A stretch of 64,000 nucleotides of DNA from an uncultured delta proteobacterium. Its GTDB lineage: Bacteria; Desulfobacterota; Syntrophorhabdia; Syntrophorhabdales; WCHB1-27. The position numbers and the translations under genes are program-made. The notes beneath the pieces are model-generated. The model saw only the letters and a program-made list of their open reading frames with translations. It searched no databases and was not told the DNA's origin. The stretch is taken from assembly GCA_963810935.1 (NCBI GenBank), contig CAWEPK010000003.1, forward strand, positions 64,001 through 128,000, written 5' to 3'. Shown one piece after another: positions 1 through 14,699 of this stretch (within the stretch, counting starts at the first letter, position 1; each line of letters starts with the position of its first letter).

Positions 1-702
1 CTCAAAAAGCACCGACGCGCCCGGCGCCAGGTGCGCAGGCATTTCGGAAATGCACCGCTCGTAGCTTTCCGTGCCGGCCGCGCCCGCGACGAGGGCACAC
101 TTCGGCTCGAAGCCCCTGACGTCCACCATCAGCCCGTCCCACTCGCAAGCAGCCACGTACGGCAGGTTCGCGCAGACAAGGTCGAATACCGTTCCTTCCT
201 TAAGCGCGGAGAAGAGGTCCGACGCGCAGAAGCTCACGCGTTCCCGGACGCTTAAGCGCCGGGCGTTCTTGTCTGCGACTGCAAGCGCCCCCGGTGAGAT
301 ATCGACGCACGTTACGGAAGCGGCGCCCGCCTTCGCAAGGAGTATGCCTATGATGCCCGACCCCGTCCCCATATCGAGGACGCGAGAGGTCCTTTTTCGC
401 CGGACGATCTCCATCGCCTCTTCGACGAGAAGTTCCGTCTCGGGCCTCGGTATGAGGACCCGCTCGTCCACGTAGAACGTCTCGGAGAAGAACTCCCGGC
501 GGTTCGTCAGGTACGCAACGGGCCTGCCTTTCCGCCTTTCCCCGACAAGCCGGCCTATCGTTCCCGCTTCCCGGGGGTTGAGGGTCCGCTCGGACGCCGC
601 CAGCACCCCCTCGGTCGTAAGGCCGAGAGCTGATGCGACGATCGCCAGAACGTCGACCCTGGGCAGGTCCTTTTCTGAAAGAAGTATTTCCTTAATGCGC
701 AA
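1..702 (-). CDS. prmC: Release factor glutamine methyltransferase PrmC/HemK (3' end runs off the window)
   Basis: Manual translation from TTG at 702 (not in the ORF track): VLIPRPETELLVE, LDMGTGSG, ANLPY, EPKCALVAG; follows prfA. Confidence 0.93.
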   Translation of the reverse strand, partial: MRIKEILLSEKDLPRVDVLAIVASALGLTTEGVLAASERTLNPREAGTIGRLVGERRKGRPVAYLTNRREFFSETFYVDERVLIPRPETELLVEEAMEIVRRKRTSRVLDMGTGSGIIGILLAKAGAASVTCVDISPGALAVADKNARRLSVRERVSFCASDLFSALKEGTVFDLVCANLPYVAACEWDGLMVDVRGFEPKCALVAGAAGTESYERCISEMPAHLAPGASVLFE

Positions 703-708
703 AGCGTT

Positions 709-1776
709 TTACCGCTCTTTAAGGGATTCTGTCTGAAAGTGTGAGATGAGGGGGTCGAGAAGGGGGTCGAGGTTGCCGGCAAGCACGTCTTCCAGCTTGT
801 ACAGAGTAAGCCCGACCCTGTGGTCCGTCACCCTGCCCTGAGGGAAATTGTAGGTGCGTATGCGCTCGCTCCTGTCGCCTGTCCCCACCTGCTTCCTTCT
901 CTCCTCGGAAACCTCTTGCTCCTTTTCCTGCTCCATCCTCTCCTTGAGACGGGCGCGGAGCACCCGGAGCGCCTTCGCCTTGTTCTTGTGCTGCGATTTC
1001 TCGTCCTGGCACGTCACGACGAGGCCCGTAGGGATATGCGTTATCCTTACCGCGGAATCGGTCGTGTTGACATGCTGGCCGCCGGGGCCGCTCGACCGGT
1101 ATACGTCGATGCGCAGATCGTCCGGGCCGATGCTCAGCTCCAGCTCCTCCGGCTCGGCCAGGACCGCGACCGTCACGGTGGACGTGTGGATCCGGCCCTG
1201 GGACTCCGTCTCCGGCACCCGCTGCACCCTGTGGACGCCGCTCTCGTAGCGCAGCCTCTGAAATGCCTCCGGCGCCTCTATGGCGACGACGACCTCTTTG
1301 AGGCCGCCCAAATCGGACATGTTCATGTTGAGCAGCTCGGTCTTCCAGCGCATCCTTTCGGCGTACTTCATGTACATGGTGAAGAGGTCCCTTGCGAAAA
1401 GCGCCGCCTCCTCGCCGCCCGTGCCGCCCCTTATCTCCAGAAAGCTGGTCTTAACCTCCTGCTCGTCCTTGGCCAGGAGCTTGCTTTTGAGGAGGGCCTC
1501 CAGCCGCTCGTCTTCACCCTGCAGGCGGTCCGTCTCTTCGCGCGCGAGGGCCTTCATTTCCTCGTCCGCCTCGTGGCGCAGCATCTCCCGCATCTTTCCT
1601 AGCTCGTCCCTGACCCCCTTCCATTCCCGGAAAAGGCCGACCACGTCGCGCAACTCCGCGTACTCGCGGGCGAGCTTCTTATATTCCTCCATGTTCGAGG
1701 TGGCGTTCGGGTTCGCCATGTCTGTCTCTATGGCGTCGAACCGCCTCTCCATGGCTTCCAGCTTTTCCGCAATCAT
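709..1776 (-). CDS. prfA: Peptide chain release factor 1
   Basis: [16 protein letters not shown] (PxT), RIRTYNFPQ motifs. Confidence 0.98.
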   Translation of the reverse strand: MIAEKLEAMERRFDAIETDMANPNATSNMEEYKKLAREYAELRDVVGLFREWKGVRDELGKMREMLRHEADEEMKALAREETDRLQGEDERLEALLKSKLLAKDEQEVKTSFLEIRGGTGGEEAALFARDLFTMYMKYAERMRWKTELLNMNMSDLGGLKEVVVAIEAPEAFQRLRYESGVHRVQRVPETESQGRIHTSTVTVAVLAEPEELELSIGPDDLRIDVYRSSGPGGQHVNTTDSAVRITHIPTGLVVTCQDEKSQHKNKAKALRVLRARLKERMEQEKEQEVSEERRKQVGTGDRSERIRTYNFPQGRVTDHRVGLTLYKLEDVLAGNLDPLLDPLISHFQTESLKER

Positions 1777-1991
1777 TCCTTAGCCTTGGGCACCCTCTTG
1801 CCGTATTTTCGCTCGAACTTCTCGACCCTTCCGGCCGAGTCGCGCAGCTTCTCCCTCCCGGTGAAGATCGGGTGGCACTTGGCGCAGATCTCGACGGTGA
1901 TCTTGTCTTTCGTCGAGAGCGTCTCGAAGGTGTGACCGCAGGCGCAGCGCACCTGAGCCGTTTTAAGCTCGGGGTGAATCTTCTCTTTCAT
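1773..1991 (-). CDS. rpmE: 50S ribosomal protein L31 (Zn-binding type)
   Basis: MKEKIHP, CACG, CAKCHP, GRVEKF. Confidence 0.97.
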   Translation of the reverse strand: MKEKIHPELKTAQVRCACGHTFETLSTKDKITVEICAKCHPIFTGREKLRDSAGRVEKFERKYGKRVPKAKE

Positions 1992-2046
1992 TGCATCCTC
2001 CTGTTTATGATGTGACCGGCTCGCGTTTGAAAAGCGCGCCCTTTTC

Positions 2047-3287
2047 TTAAGCCCTGCTCATCGAGTTGAGGAAGTCTTTGTTGGACTCCGTGTCGGAGAG
2101 CTTTTCCAGCAGGAACTCCATCGACTCCACCGTGTTCATCGGCTGCAGGACCTTACGCAGCAGCCATATGCGCGACAGGTCTCCGTTGCCGACGAGAAGC
2201 TCTTCTTTCCTCGTGCCCGACTTGTTGATATCGATGGAGGGGAAGACCCTCTTCTCGGTCAGCTTGCGGTCGAGGTAGATCTCAGAGTTGCCCGTGCCCT
2301 TGAATTCCTCGAAAATGACCTCGTCCATCCTGCTGCCCGTGTCTATCAGGGCCGTTGCTATGATGGTGAGGCTCCCGCCTTCTTCTATCTTCCTGGCCGC
2401 CCCGAAGAAGCGCTTCGGCTTCTGCATGGCGGACGCGTCGATGCCGCCCGAGAGGATCTTGCCGCTGCTCGGGACTACCGTGTTGTAGGCGCGGGCGAGC
2501 CGCGTTATGCTGTCGAGCAGGATCACGACGTCTTTTTTGTGCTCGACCAGCCTTTTGGCCTTCTCTATGACGATCTCGGCCACCTGGACGTGGCGCGTGG
2601 CCGGCTCGTCGAAGGTGCTGCTTATCACCTCGCCGTTCACCGATCTCTCCATGTCGGTGACCTCCTCGGGCCTCTCGTCGATCAGCAGGACGATCAGGTA
2701 GATCTCCTCGTGGTTCGAGGTGATGCTGTTCGCCAGCCCCTGGAGGAGCATTGTCTTGCCCGTACGGGGCGGGGCGACGATTAAGCCCCTCTGGCCCTTG
2801 CCTATGGGCGTAAAGAGGTCCATGACCCTGGAGGACAGCCTGTTGCCCGCCGTCTCCAGCTTTATCCGCTCGCACGGGTATATAGGCGTGAGATTGTCGA
2901 AGATGATCTTGTCCTTGGCTATCTCGGGGTCGTCGAAGTTGATCTTTTCGATCTTGAGGAGGGCGAAATATTTCTCGTTGTCCTTCGGCGGCCTTATCTG
3001 GCCGGCGATGGTGTCGCCTGTCCGCAAGCCGAACCTCTTTATCTGCGACGGGGAGACGTAGATGTCGTCAGGCCCCGGCAGGTAGTTGGAGTCCGTCGAT
3101 CTGAGGAAGCCGAACCCCTCGGGTAGTATCTCCAGTATCCCCTCGCCGTGGATCAGCTCGTTCTTGTCCACGAGCGACTGGAGGATGGAGAAAATAAGCT
3201 CCTGTTTCCTCAGCCCCGTTGCATTCTCCACGCTCAGTTCTTTCGCTATATGCGTGAGATCCCCGATCTTCTTCCTCTTTAGCTCGT

Positions 3288-3297
<10 letters not shown>
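2047..3297 (-). CDS. rho: Transcription termination factor Rho
   Basis: [33 protein letters not shown]. Confidence 0.99.
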
Positions 3298-7325
<4,028 letters not shown>

Positions 7326-7481
7326 ACTATCTCCTTATACGTCGTCATAAGGGATGTTTATTTGTGGAAAACCGGTCCTCCCTCTGGAAAGAGAAGGGGA
7401 AATAATACGCCGCGCCGTTACCATTCTGTTAAAAGAGTGTACACTCATGTCGACTTAATCCGCGCTTCTATCTTTTCCACA
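7326..7481. promoter_or_regulatory. Putative oriC segment (dnaA-dnaN intergenic) with DnaA boxes
   Basis: TGTGGAAAA at 7363-7371 and TTTTCCACA at 7473-7481, each 1 mismatch to TTATCCACA; AT-rich flank. Confidence 0.55.
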
Positions 7482-8770
7482 GTGTCGCTAACATCCTTGC
7501 GCGCCGCCATGGCTTCCTCGACTTTTTTGATGGAGTGGATAACCGTCGCGTGGTCCTTACCGCCGAATTTCTCCCCGATACTGACGAGGGAGCCGGTTGT
7601 CAACTTCCTTGACAGAAATATGGCTACCTGCCGGGGGAACATTATCGTCTTTATTCTTTTGGCGGACTTGAGATCGGATGGCTTGACGGAAAAGTGTGAA
7701 GCTACTTCCTTAATAATATTGTCGATCGTTATTTCCTTTTTCTTGTCTACCAGGATATTTCCCATCACCTCCCTGGCAAGGGATATCGTTATAGGCACGT
7801 TGCGCAGCGAGGCAAATGCCCCGAGGCGTATCAGTGACCCCTCTAAGACGCGGATATTATGCTCGATGTTCGTGGCGAGGTAAAAGGCGACGTCCTGCGG
7901 GAGGGTCACATTCTCCATCTCCGCCTTCTTGTTCAGGATCGCGACTTTTGTTTCGAAGTCCGGGGGCTGGATATCGGCAATGAGGCCCCATTCGAAGCGC
8001 GTCCGGAGCCTCTCCTCAAAATTCGGGATATCCTTCGGGAACTTATCGCTCGTAACCACGATCTGTTTCGTGTTGTCATAGAGGGTGTTGAAAGTGTGGA
8101 AAAACTCCGCCTGGGTCCTTTCCTTGCCCGCTATGAACTGTATGTCGTCGATTAAAAGAACGTCCATCTTGCGAAATTTATTCCTGAAATCTTCCATCTT
8201 CTCAAAGCGCAGCGCGTTTATCAACTCGTTAGTAAATTCCTCGGCGGTTATATACGACATCCGGCTGATCCCGCTCCCGGGCCGCGAAGTGAGGGAATTG
8301 CCGATGGCGTTCAGGAGGTGGGTCTTCCCCAGGCCGACACCGCCGTATATAAATAAAGGGTTATAGACCTTACCCGGGTTATTCGCTACAGCCAGGCAGG
8401 CGGCAGTTGCGAACTGGTTGCTCTCCCCCACCACGAAGTTCTCAAAAGTGTACCTCGGCTTAAAGAGGGCCGAGGCCGGCTGTTTTTTGAGGGCTACGTT
8501 CTTCTTCTCGACCTTTACGTCTTCCCTTTCGAGAAGGTAATCCATCCTTATGTCCTGCCCTGTCGCCTCCTTGAGGAGGGACCTGAAAATGGGCTCGAAA
8601 TTCTCTATAATCCAGTCCCGAAAAAACGCGTTGGGGACGATGACCGAGCAGACGCCGTCCGTGCATTCCTTGATTTTCAGGGGCTCGATCCACGTTTTGT
8701 AATTGTCCTCGCTTATCACCTTGGCAAGGCGAAGCTTTATCTGCGAGCAAGCGTCATCCATGCAAATCAT
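7445..8770 (-). CDS. dnaA: Chromosomal replication initiator DnaA
   Basis: YNPLFIYGGVGLGKTHLL, LLIDDIQF, FFHTFN, GGKDHATVIH. Confidence 0.99.
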   Translation of the reverse strand: MICMDDACSQIKLRLAKVISEDNYKTWIEPLKIKECTDGVCSVIVPNAFFRDWIIENFEPIFRSLLKEATGQDIRMDYLLEREDVKVEKKNVALKKQPASALFKPRYTFENFVVGESNQFATAACLAVANNPGKVYNPLFIYGGVGLGKTHLLNAIGNSLTSRPGSGISRMSYITAEEFTNELINALRFEKMEDFRNKFRKMDVLLIDDIQFIAGKERTQAEFFHTFNTLYDNTKQIVVTSDKFPKDIPNFEERLRTRFEWGLIADIQPPDFETKVAILNKKAEMENVTLPQDVAFYLATNIEHNIRVLEGSLIRLGAFASLRNVPITISLAREVMGNILVDKKKEITIDNIIKEVASHFSVKPSDLKSAKRIKTIMFPRQVAIFLSRKLTTGSLVSIGEKFGGKDHATVIHSIKKVEEAMAARKDVSDTVEKIEARIKST

Positions 8771-8786
8771 GCCTTTTGTGAAGTCG

Positions 8787-8879
8787 ATTTCAACACGTTT
8801 TCAACATTTGTGGAAAACTTTTTGGATTCCTGCAGAATTGAATGCTCTATATTCTACACTAAAATAGAGTTTCTTTCAA
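8787..8879 (-). promoter_or_regulatory. dnaA sigma70 promoter with DnaA-box pair in the leader
   Basis: Minus strand TTGAAA-N17-TAGAAT (8879-8851); TTTTCAACA 8798-8806 and TGTGGAAAA 8809-8817 arranged as an inverted pair. Confidence 0.6.
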
Positions 8880-8968
8880 TTCCTTTATGGAGTGTGCGCT
8901 CCGCCCGTTTTCGTACCGTTCGGGGCCAGCCGGAACGGGACCCCTATAAAAAGCAGAAAAAGCCGGGA

Positions 8969-10213
8969 TTACTTCTGTTTCAGGTATACGAGGTCCGTTG
9001 GGGCAAACGATACGTCCTTGCCGGCCTTTGCCCAGGAGGCGTCGACTCCGAAAACCTCCACAACCTCGATCTCACCCTTGAAGCCGCCCTTGGTCCTGCC
9101 GAGGGTTAGGCTTGTCCCTTTGTCTACGACGGGGTCGCCTGGGGCGAATACCTCTAGGACGTCCCCTTTTTGCAGGCCCGACAACCTGCCGGCATTGAGG
9201 TAGATCCTGTCGTTCTCGACCGAGGCTATCCTGGCGTGCCAGTCGAGGTTGAGCAGGGTCTTCAGCAGGTCGTCGGCCATAAGCTCTATGGCGAGGTCAA
9301 TGGCTCTGACCTTGGCCTTCTCTGAGCTCATATCTCCGTTCTCCTTGGAGAGAAAGAACGGGTTGCGGGCAGAGAGCTGGCGGAGCGGCTTGCCTGTTTC
9401 GGTGTTATAGATGTCGAGAGATACCTTGGAGAGGGCGAAGGAGACCTCTTTATCTTCCTTGCCGTCGATTTTTGACGTGCTGCTGTAAACGTCCGAGAGG
9501 GTGCCTTTGATCACTGCCTCGATCCCATAGAGGTCCCAGAGCGACCGCATGACGTCCGGCTTTAAGGGGTCGCCGTGTAACTCAAGGGCATGCAGGTCAA
9601 CAGCGATGATCGCGCCCGTGTCTTCGAGGCGGGAGACGAGCCTCTTGGTTGTCAGCTCGTCGAGGTGCTCTTCCTTATAGTTGGTCTGGTCCGCGAGAGG
9701 GAGCAGGAGGACGCGCCTTTTCATCTTGGGCGAGGGGTATGTGAAACCCACGACCGCGCCGGGCCTTCCCTGGTACGGCCCCTGGAACGCCGCCTGCTGC
9801 ACCTGCGGCTGCGCCAGAGGGCGGGCGGCCGGCCCCGCGGCGCTTCTCTGCTTGATGCTTTCCTCCAGCTTGGCCATCCGCGTTTCCATCTCGGCCCGTT
9901 CTTTCTTGGCCGCGCCGGCCCCCGTCAGCTTGTCGCTGACCGAATCAAAAAGGCCGCCGGAGTAGTCATCCTTCCGCACCCACTCGTACTCGGGTTCATA
10001 CGGAGTGAGCTGGAACCTCCGGTTTCTGGCGTAAATGTACTCTATTCCGTTTACAAGCCTTATATCGCCCGGTTTAGGCTGGTCGTTTCCAGTTACGATT
10101 TCGCCCTTTTCGGTCTTGGTTGGCTGGCTCGTCTCTTTGGCCGACTTCTTGCCAAAAGGAAGACTACAGGATGCTAATAGTACTATAAGGAATAACACCA
10201 AAACTTTTCGCAT
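8969..10213 (-). CDS. Lipoprotein, CsgG/FlgT-like (FlgT C-terminal-like domain)
   Basis: Signal/lipobox MRKVLVLFLIVLLASC; C-terminal IYLNAGRLSGLQKGDVLEV. Confidence 0.65.
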   Translation of the reverse strand: MRKVLVLFLIVLLASCSLPFGKKSAKETSQPTKTEKGEIVTGNDQPKPGDIRLVNGIEYIYARNRRFQLTPYEPEYEWVRKDDYSGGLFDSVSDKLTGAGAAKKERAEMETRMAKLEESIKQRSAAGPAARPLAQPQVQQAAFQGPYQGRPGAVVGFTYPSPKMKRRVLLLPLADQTNYKEEHLDELTTKRLVSRLEDTGAIIAVDLHALELHGDPLKPDVMRSLWDLYGIEAVIKGTLSDVYSSTSKIDGKEDKEVSFALSKVSLDIYNTETGKPLRQLSARNPFFLSKENGDMSSEKAKVRAIDLAIELMADDLLKTLLNLDWHARIASVENDRIYLNAGRLSGLQKGDVLEVFAPGDPVVDKGTSLTLGRTKGGFKGEIEVVEVFGVDASWAKAGKDVSFAPTDLVYLKQK

Positions 10214-10295
10214 AGTGGCTATGTTACACATAAGGTAAATCAAATGTCAAAGGGAATCTCGTGGCGCGAAACCGGCCTTCAGCGGGTCTTCGCCT

Positions 10296-11561
10296 TCAGT
10301 GTGTGGCGCAGCCTATGCAGGGGTCGTAAGACCTGATGAGCATTTCGCAAAGGCGCCTCAGGTCCTCTCCGTCCATGCCGCCGCTTTCGCGGACGACGGC
10401 CTCCAGGTCCTCTTGTATACTGCCGTTGTTCTGGTTCGTGGGTATTACCAGGTTGGCATGCGCGATGCGGCCCGTGTCGTCGTAAGTGTAATCGTGGATC
10501 AGAAGCCCCCGCGGCGCCTCGACCGCCCCGACTCCACGCCCGGCCCTGACAGGAATGAGCGGGTCTTCCTCGACAAGACCGGTCTCGAGGAGGCGGCCGA
10601 CGATTGCCCTGGCCTCTTCTATCTCGTGGGCGCATTCGACTATCTGGGCGATGGTGTTCATGAAAGGGCTGCAGGATTCGGGCCCGAGGCCCAGCTCACG
10701 GGCTGCCAGCAATGCCTGTCCGTTAAGGTGCTCGTAGTTGATCTTGACCCGCGACAATGCGCCGACCGCGTATGACGCCCGCGCGTGCCGGGTGTATTTG
10801 GCCGTGGAATGGGGCAGTACGTACTCGTTTACGATGTCGAGGTAATCGCCGGGCACTGCTGCGCCCGTGTCCGTGGAATAGATCTTTCCCCGGATAAGTG
10901 CATACTCTGACGGGTGCCTGAGGGCAATATACTCCGTCGGCCGCGAAAAGTCGGGCAGGGCAATGCCCTTAAAGAGCGCAACGCTGGCCTCGATGTCGGG
11001 CACGGCCTCGTCGAGGCGCCCTTGCAGGCGGCGCAGGGTCTCCCGCGTGGGCAGGCGCAGCCACTTCGCTACAGTCGGGGACTGGGCGTGGATCGACCTG
11101 CCGCCGATGCTCTCCATGATCTCGTTGCCCAGTTTCTTCAGCCGCAGGCCGGGCGCGACCTTGTCGGGGTCTTTTTCAAGGAGAGGGAAGACGCTGCCTG
11201 TCCCGAAAAAGTCAGGGCCGGCGAGGAGGTATATATGGAGCATGTGGCTCTCCAGCATTTCCCCTGCGTAAAGCAGCTTCCTAAGCAGCAGGGTCTGCTC
11301 CGAGGGCTCGATGCCGAAGGCGGCCTCAGTCGCCTGAAGGGAGGCGAAAAGGTGGGAGACTGAACAGATGCCACAGACACGCGAGGCAAGCACGTGGGCG
11401 TCGAGCCAGGGCCTGCCCTTCAGCATCGCCTCGAAGAAGCGAGGCGACTCCGTGATCTCCCAGGAGACTTCCGGCGGTCCGCCGGCGCCTGAGCGCAGCA
11501 CCAGCCTGCCATGGCCCTCGCACCTCGTTAACCTGTCGGTCCTGACATTGAGCCTCGTCAC
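10296..11561 (-). CDS. Group 3b NiFe hydrogenase (sulfhydrogenase-type) large/alpha subunit
   Basis: GTG start overlaps the delta stop; TRCEGHG, RVCGIC, EAPRG, DPCIGCATH. Confidence 0.92.
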   Translation of the reverse strand: MTRLNVRTDRLTRCEGHGRLVLRSGAGGPPEVSWEITESPRFFEAMLKGRPWLDAHVLASRVCGICSVSHLFASLQATEAAFGIEPSEQTLLLRKLLYAGEMLESHMLHIYLLAGPDFFGTGSVFPLLEKDPDKVAPGLRLKKLGNEIMESIGGRSIHAQSPTVAKWLRLPTRETLRRLQGRLDEAVPDIEASVALFKGIALPDFSRPTEYIALRHPSEYALIRGKIYSTDTGAAVPGDYLDIVNEYVLPHSTAKYTRHARASYAVGALSRVKINYEHLNGQALLAARELGLGPESCSPFMNTIAQIVECAHEIEEARAIVGRLLETGLVEEDPLIPVRAGRGVGAVEAPRGLLIHDYTYDDTGRIAHANLVIPTNQNNGSIQEDLEAVVRESGGMDGEDLRRLCEMLIRSYDPCIGCATH

Positions 11562-12295
11562 TTCCAGGCGGCCTCCTGGCACGCGTTGAACAGGTTGAAG
11601 CTGGCGGCGATGTCCCCGGGCGAAAGACCCGCCTGCTTGAGTATCAGCCTCTCCGACTCGATGTTCGGGTCGTCGATAAAGCCGCGGCAGCCCCAGCAGA
11701 CTGCCCCGGCAGTCACGCACGTCGCAGCGCAGCCGCCCCGGGTGACGGGCCCGAGGCACGTGCGTCCCAGGTCGAAGACACAGACGTTCTCGGCGACTTT
11801 GCATTCAGCGCAGACGGGGTTGTTCGGCTGGTAAGGCACACGGCCGGCCAGAAGCTCCTGCACGACGCGCAGGAACTCGTCTTTGACGATGGGGCAGCCG
11901 GGGATAAAATAGTCTACCGGTATTACGGCGCTTATAGGCCGGGCGGATATGGTGTCGACCGGCGCATCCGGCCCGAACTCTGCTGCGACCAGCTCCTCCA
12001 TGGGGTACCGGTTCTTGAGGCAGTTGACATTGCCCAGGTGGGCGCAGCTCCCCAGGGGTATCACCATCTTCGACCGCCTGCGTATCTCCTTCAGGGCGGA
12101 GAGCTCGGAGCGCCTGGAGCACGCGCCGTCGATGAAGGCGATATCGTAGTGCTCGGCGCGCTCCGTCTTGGCCTCCCTGAACTCGACGATATCGAGGATG
12201 CGGGCGAGGTCCGGCAGCTCCTCTTCGCAGTTGAGCACTTGCAGTTCGCAGCCCTCACAGCAGGTGAGGTCGAATACGGCGATCTTCGGCCTCAT
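11558..12295 (-). CDS. Group 3b NiFe hydrogenase small/delta subunit
   Basis: TCCEGC, GSCA, PGCP, CLGPVTRGGC, CWGCRG. Confidence 0.9.
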   Translation of the reverse strand: MRPKIAVFDLTCCEGCELQVLNCEEELPDLARILDIVEFREAKTERAEHYDIAFIDGACSRRSELSALKEIRRRSKMVIPLGSCAHLGNVNCLKNRYPMEELVAAEFGPDAPVDTISARPISAVIPVDYFIPGCPIVKDEFLRVVQELLAGRVPYQPNNPVCAECKVAENVCVFDLGRTCLGPVTRGGCAATCVTAGAVCWGCRGFIDDPNIESERLILKQAGLSPGDIAASFNLFNACQEAAWK

Positions 12296-13131
12296 AAGGC
12301 CTCGTGCACCCCCGCGAGGCGGGCGCAGCTAAAAACCGGCCCCTCGCGGCAGACAAGCATGTTCTCAATTTGGCAGTGGCCGCACAGGCCGACGCCGCAT
12401 TCCATCCTCCGTTCAAGCGACACCAGTATGTGCTCCTCTTTTATGCCTTTTTTCAGACATTCCTCGATAACGAAACGGTACATCACGGGAGGGCCGACGA
12501 TGATCGCGCTCGTTTGCTCCGGCCTGATCTGCAGTCCGGCAAAAAGGCCCGTGATGACGCCTACGCTTCCCGTCCACCCGACGCCTGCGGGTACGCGGTC
12601 TACGGACTGTAGGACGTCCATGCACCCTCCTTGCTTCCACGCGGCGATCTCGCTGGGGAAGAGCAGCTCGGCCGGCTCCCGGCAGCCATAAAGGAGCGTG
12701 AGCCTCCCGAACTCTCCCGGCCTGTCCGCTGCGTACTGGACTATCGAGCGCAAAGGGTAGAACCCGCAGCCGCCTGCCACGAATAGAAGGTCCCGCCCCG
12801 CAAGCTGCGCGAGGGGGAAGCCGTTGCCGAAGGGGCCGCGGACGCCGAAGAGATCGCCGGGCATCAGCCTGTGTATTGCGTCCGTAACACTGCCCACGGC
12901 CCGGACCCCCAGCTCGAAGGAAGGGCCCCGCGTAGGAGACGAGGCGATGGAGATCGGCGCCTCGCCTATCCCGAATATGGAAAGCTGGATGAACTGCCCG
13001 GGCGCGTGCCCCAGGCTGCTTCCGTCCTCGAGCCGCACAGCCAGAAGCATTTCTTTTGCGGCCATTTTCTCTTTAGTCTCGACTACGGCGAACCTCGGAA
13101 GGAAGATGCCGTGCTCTGCCGCCTGCTTCAA
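12292..13131 (-). CDS. Group 3b hydrogenase gamma subunit (FAD/NAD(P)-binding, 2Fe-2S)
   Basis: TTG start overlapping the beta stop; PGQF, GEAPISI, RGPFGNGF, GPPVM, ERRMECGVGLCGHC, CREGPVF. Confidence 0.88.
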   Translation of the reverse strand: MKQAAEHGIFLPRFAVVETKEKMAAKEMLLAVRLEDGSSLGHAPGQFIQLSIFGIGEAPISIASSPTRGPSFELGVRAVGSVTDAIHRLMPGDLFGVRGPFGNGFPLAQLAGRDLLFVAGGCGFYPLRSIVQYAADRPGEFGRLTLLYGCREPAELLFPSEIAAWKQGGCMDVLQSVDRVPAGVGWTGSVGVITGLFAGLQIRPEQTSAIIVGPPVMYRFVIEECLKKGIKEEHILVSLERRMECGVGLCGHCQIENMLVCREGPVFSCARLAGVHEAL

Positions 13132-14174
13132 GTCGCCCTTCCTGCCGCCTCTTTCGCCAGGCGGTTCCACGCGTAGACGGGGCTTGCGATGTCGACGAGG
13201 CAGGCGTGGATGCAGCGGCCGCAGCCGACGCAGCCCGTGGCGCCCCAACGCTCCAGCATATATTTCCCCTTGCGGTGCAGCCTGTGACGCAGCCTTTCCG
13301 TGCCCGTAGGGCGGAAGTTTTCTCCGCTCGCCACCTCGGCGAAGCCGTCGAACATGCAGCTATCCCACCTGCGCAAGCGCATCCCTGAAGTCCCGTCGGC
13401 CGCGTTCCTATCCATGATCCTGAAGCAGACGCACGTAGGGCAGGTCATCGTGCATGACGCGCAGGAGAAGCATTTCCTTCCCAGCTCCTCCCACATGGGG
13501 CTGTCCCAGCCTGCGTCCAATACGCGCGGTATCTCCGCCGCCGGCACATCGAGGCGGAGGCGGTAGCGGCCCAGGGCCTCGGCGCGCAGCTCATCCCTGC
13601 GGGGGGCGGCCGTCTTAGCTGCGACGCGCGTTTTCAGGTATCGCTTGCAGAGGGCCGAGCCCTTTTCCGTTGCCGCTTCTATCAGGTATGCGTCCCCAAG
13701 ATCCGTAAGCCAGAGGTCGAAGAGACCTTCCGGGGGGAGGGCGGTGCCCATGCTGGGCGCGAAGGCGTAAGGCCAGGGATGGAGGCAGTCTACGCCGACG
13801 ATAACGTTTGCCTCGCGCCTAGCTTTGTAGCTGTCGTCCGGCCCGTATCCGAGGAAGACCGCGTCGAGCGTCTTTAGGGCGTGCAGGTCGTACGGGTGTA
13901 CGCCTATTACTATCGCAGGGCCGCTTTGACCGGCCGGAAGGGTGCGCGCCTTCGGGGGCGGCTCGTATCGAAAGAGAGGCGTTTCCTCGGGGAGCCAGTA
14001 TTTATTCGGCGGCAGGAGGGTAATATCGTAATCGAGCCGCAGGTCGTCTTCGGCCGAAAGCCTGCCGTAGGCGAAACCCGTCCCTTTGCGCTTAACTCCA
14101 TAGACCGTCGCCTCGTCCGCCATCGCGGCTAAGCCCGCATGGAGGCCTGTTTTATCTGCCGTTAGAAGTCGCAT
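13128..14174 (-). CDS. Group 3b hydrogenase beta subunit (4Fe-4S, AsrA-like)
   Basis: CFSCASCTMTCPTCVCF, RRWDSC, GCVGCGRCIHAC. Confidence 0.88.
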   Translation of the reverse strand: MRLLTADKTGLHAGLAAMADEATVYGVKRKGTGFAYGRLSAEDDLRLDYDITLLPPNKYWLPEETPLFRYEPPPKARTLPAGQSGPAIVIGVHPYDLHALKTLDAVFLGYGPDDSYKARREANVIVGVDCLHPWPYAFAPSMGTALPPEGLFDLWLTDLGDAYLIEAATEKGSALCKRYLKTRVAAKTAAPRRDELRAEALGRYRLRLDVPAAEIPRVLDAGWDSPMWEELGRKCFSCASCTMTCPTCVCFRIMDRNAADGTSGMRLRRWDSCMFDGFAEVASGENFRPTGTERLRHRLHRKGKYMLERWGATGCVGCGRCIHACLVDIASPVYAWNRLAKEAAGRAT

Positions 14175-14239
14175 CGTCTCTCGCCATAACGCCTATGCCA
14201 AACATATACATTCCACGCAGGTCGTTCAACCAGACGATA

Positions 14240-14695
14240 CTAAAACCCGACCTTCGCGCCGGTGCGGCTACCCGCTGTCGATCTCGGCGGCGCAGCCCCC
14301 GGCCGGCTGCCCTCGCTATCGTACAGGTGCGCCTGCGCCTGCGCCACGGTGACCGTGTACCTGCCCGCCTCTCTTTCCGTGACCGCGGGCCAGTATGTAT
14401 TGCGCATGATGAGGCAGCTCACGGGGCAGACCTCGACGCAGCGGCGGCACGAGCAGCATTTCAGGCTGTCGATCCGCCACGCTGCCTCTTCCTTTGCGAC
14501 GAGGATCGCGCCGGTGGGGCATTTTCTCTGGCATTGGCCGCAGAAGATGCAGCGGATTATGTCGTTCGCCACGCTGCCCCTCGCAGCGTCGGGGTAGGCC
14601 CGCCTGCGCTCGGGATACATCTCTGTCGCAGGCCGGCCGAAGAGGCTGCGGCCGACCATGCGCGATATACCTGAAAGGCGCTTCGAGTTTTGCAT
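14240..14695 (-). CDS. echF: Ech hydrogenase subunit F (2x4Fe-4S)
   Basis: PATEMYP, CIFCGQCQRKCP, CCSCRRCVEVCP; position in the ech cluster. Confidence 0.88.
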   Translation of the reverse strand: MQNSKRLSGISRMVGRSLFGRPATEMYPERRRAYPDAARGSVANDIIRCIFCGQCQRKCPTGAILVAKEEAAWRIDSLKCCSCRRCVEVCPVSCLIMRNTYWPAVTEREAGRYTVTVAQAQAHLYDSEGSRPGAAPPRSTAGSRTGAKVGF

Positions 14696-14699
14696 GCCT

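Noticed and set aside
150..175. NLPY instead of NPPY in PrmC
   Set aside because: A variant I recall in other HemK proteins; the rest of the protein is intact
10296..10298. Selenocysteine readthrough at the TGA of the large subunit
   Set aside because: The TGA follows the terminal His rather than a Cys position, and both L2 cysteines are TGC codons
14183..14202. Sigma54 promoter before the 3b beta gene (TGGCATAGGCGTTAT)
   Set aside because: The -12 GC is absent
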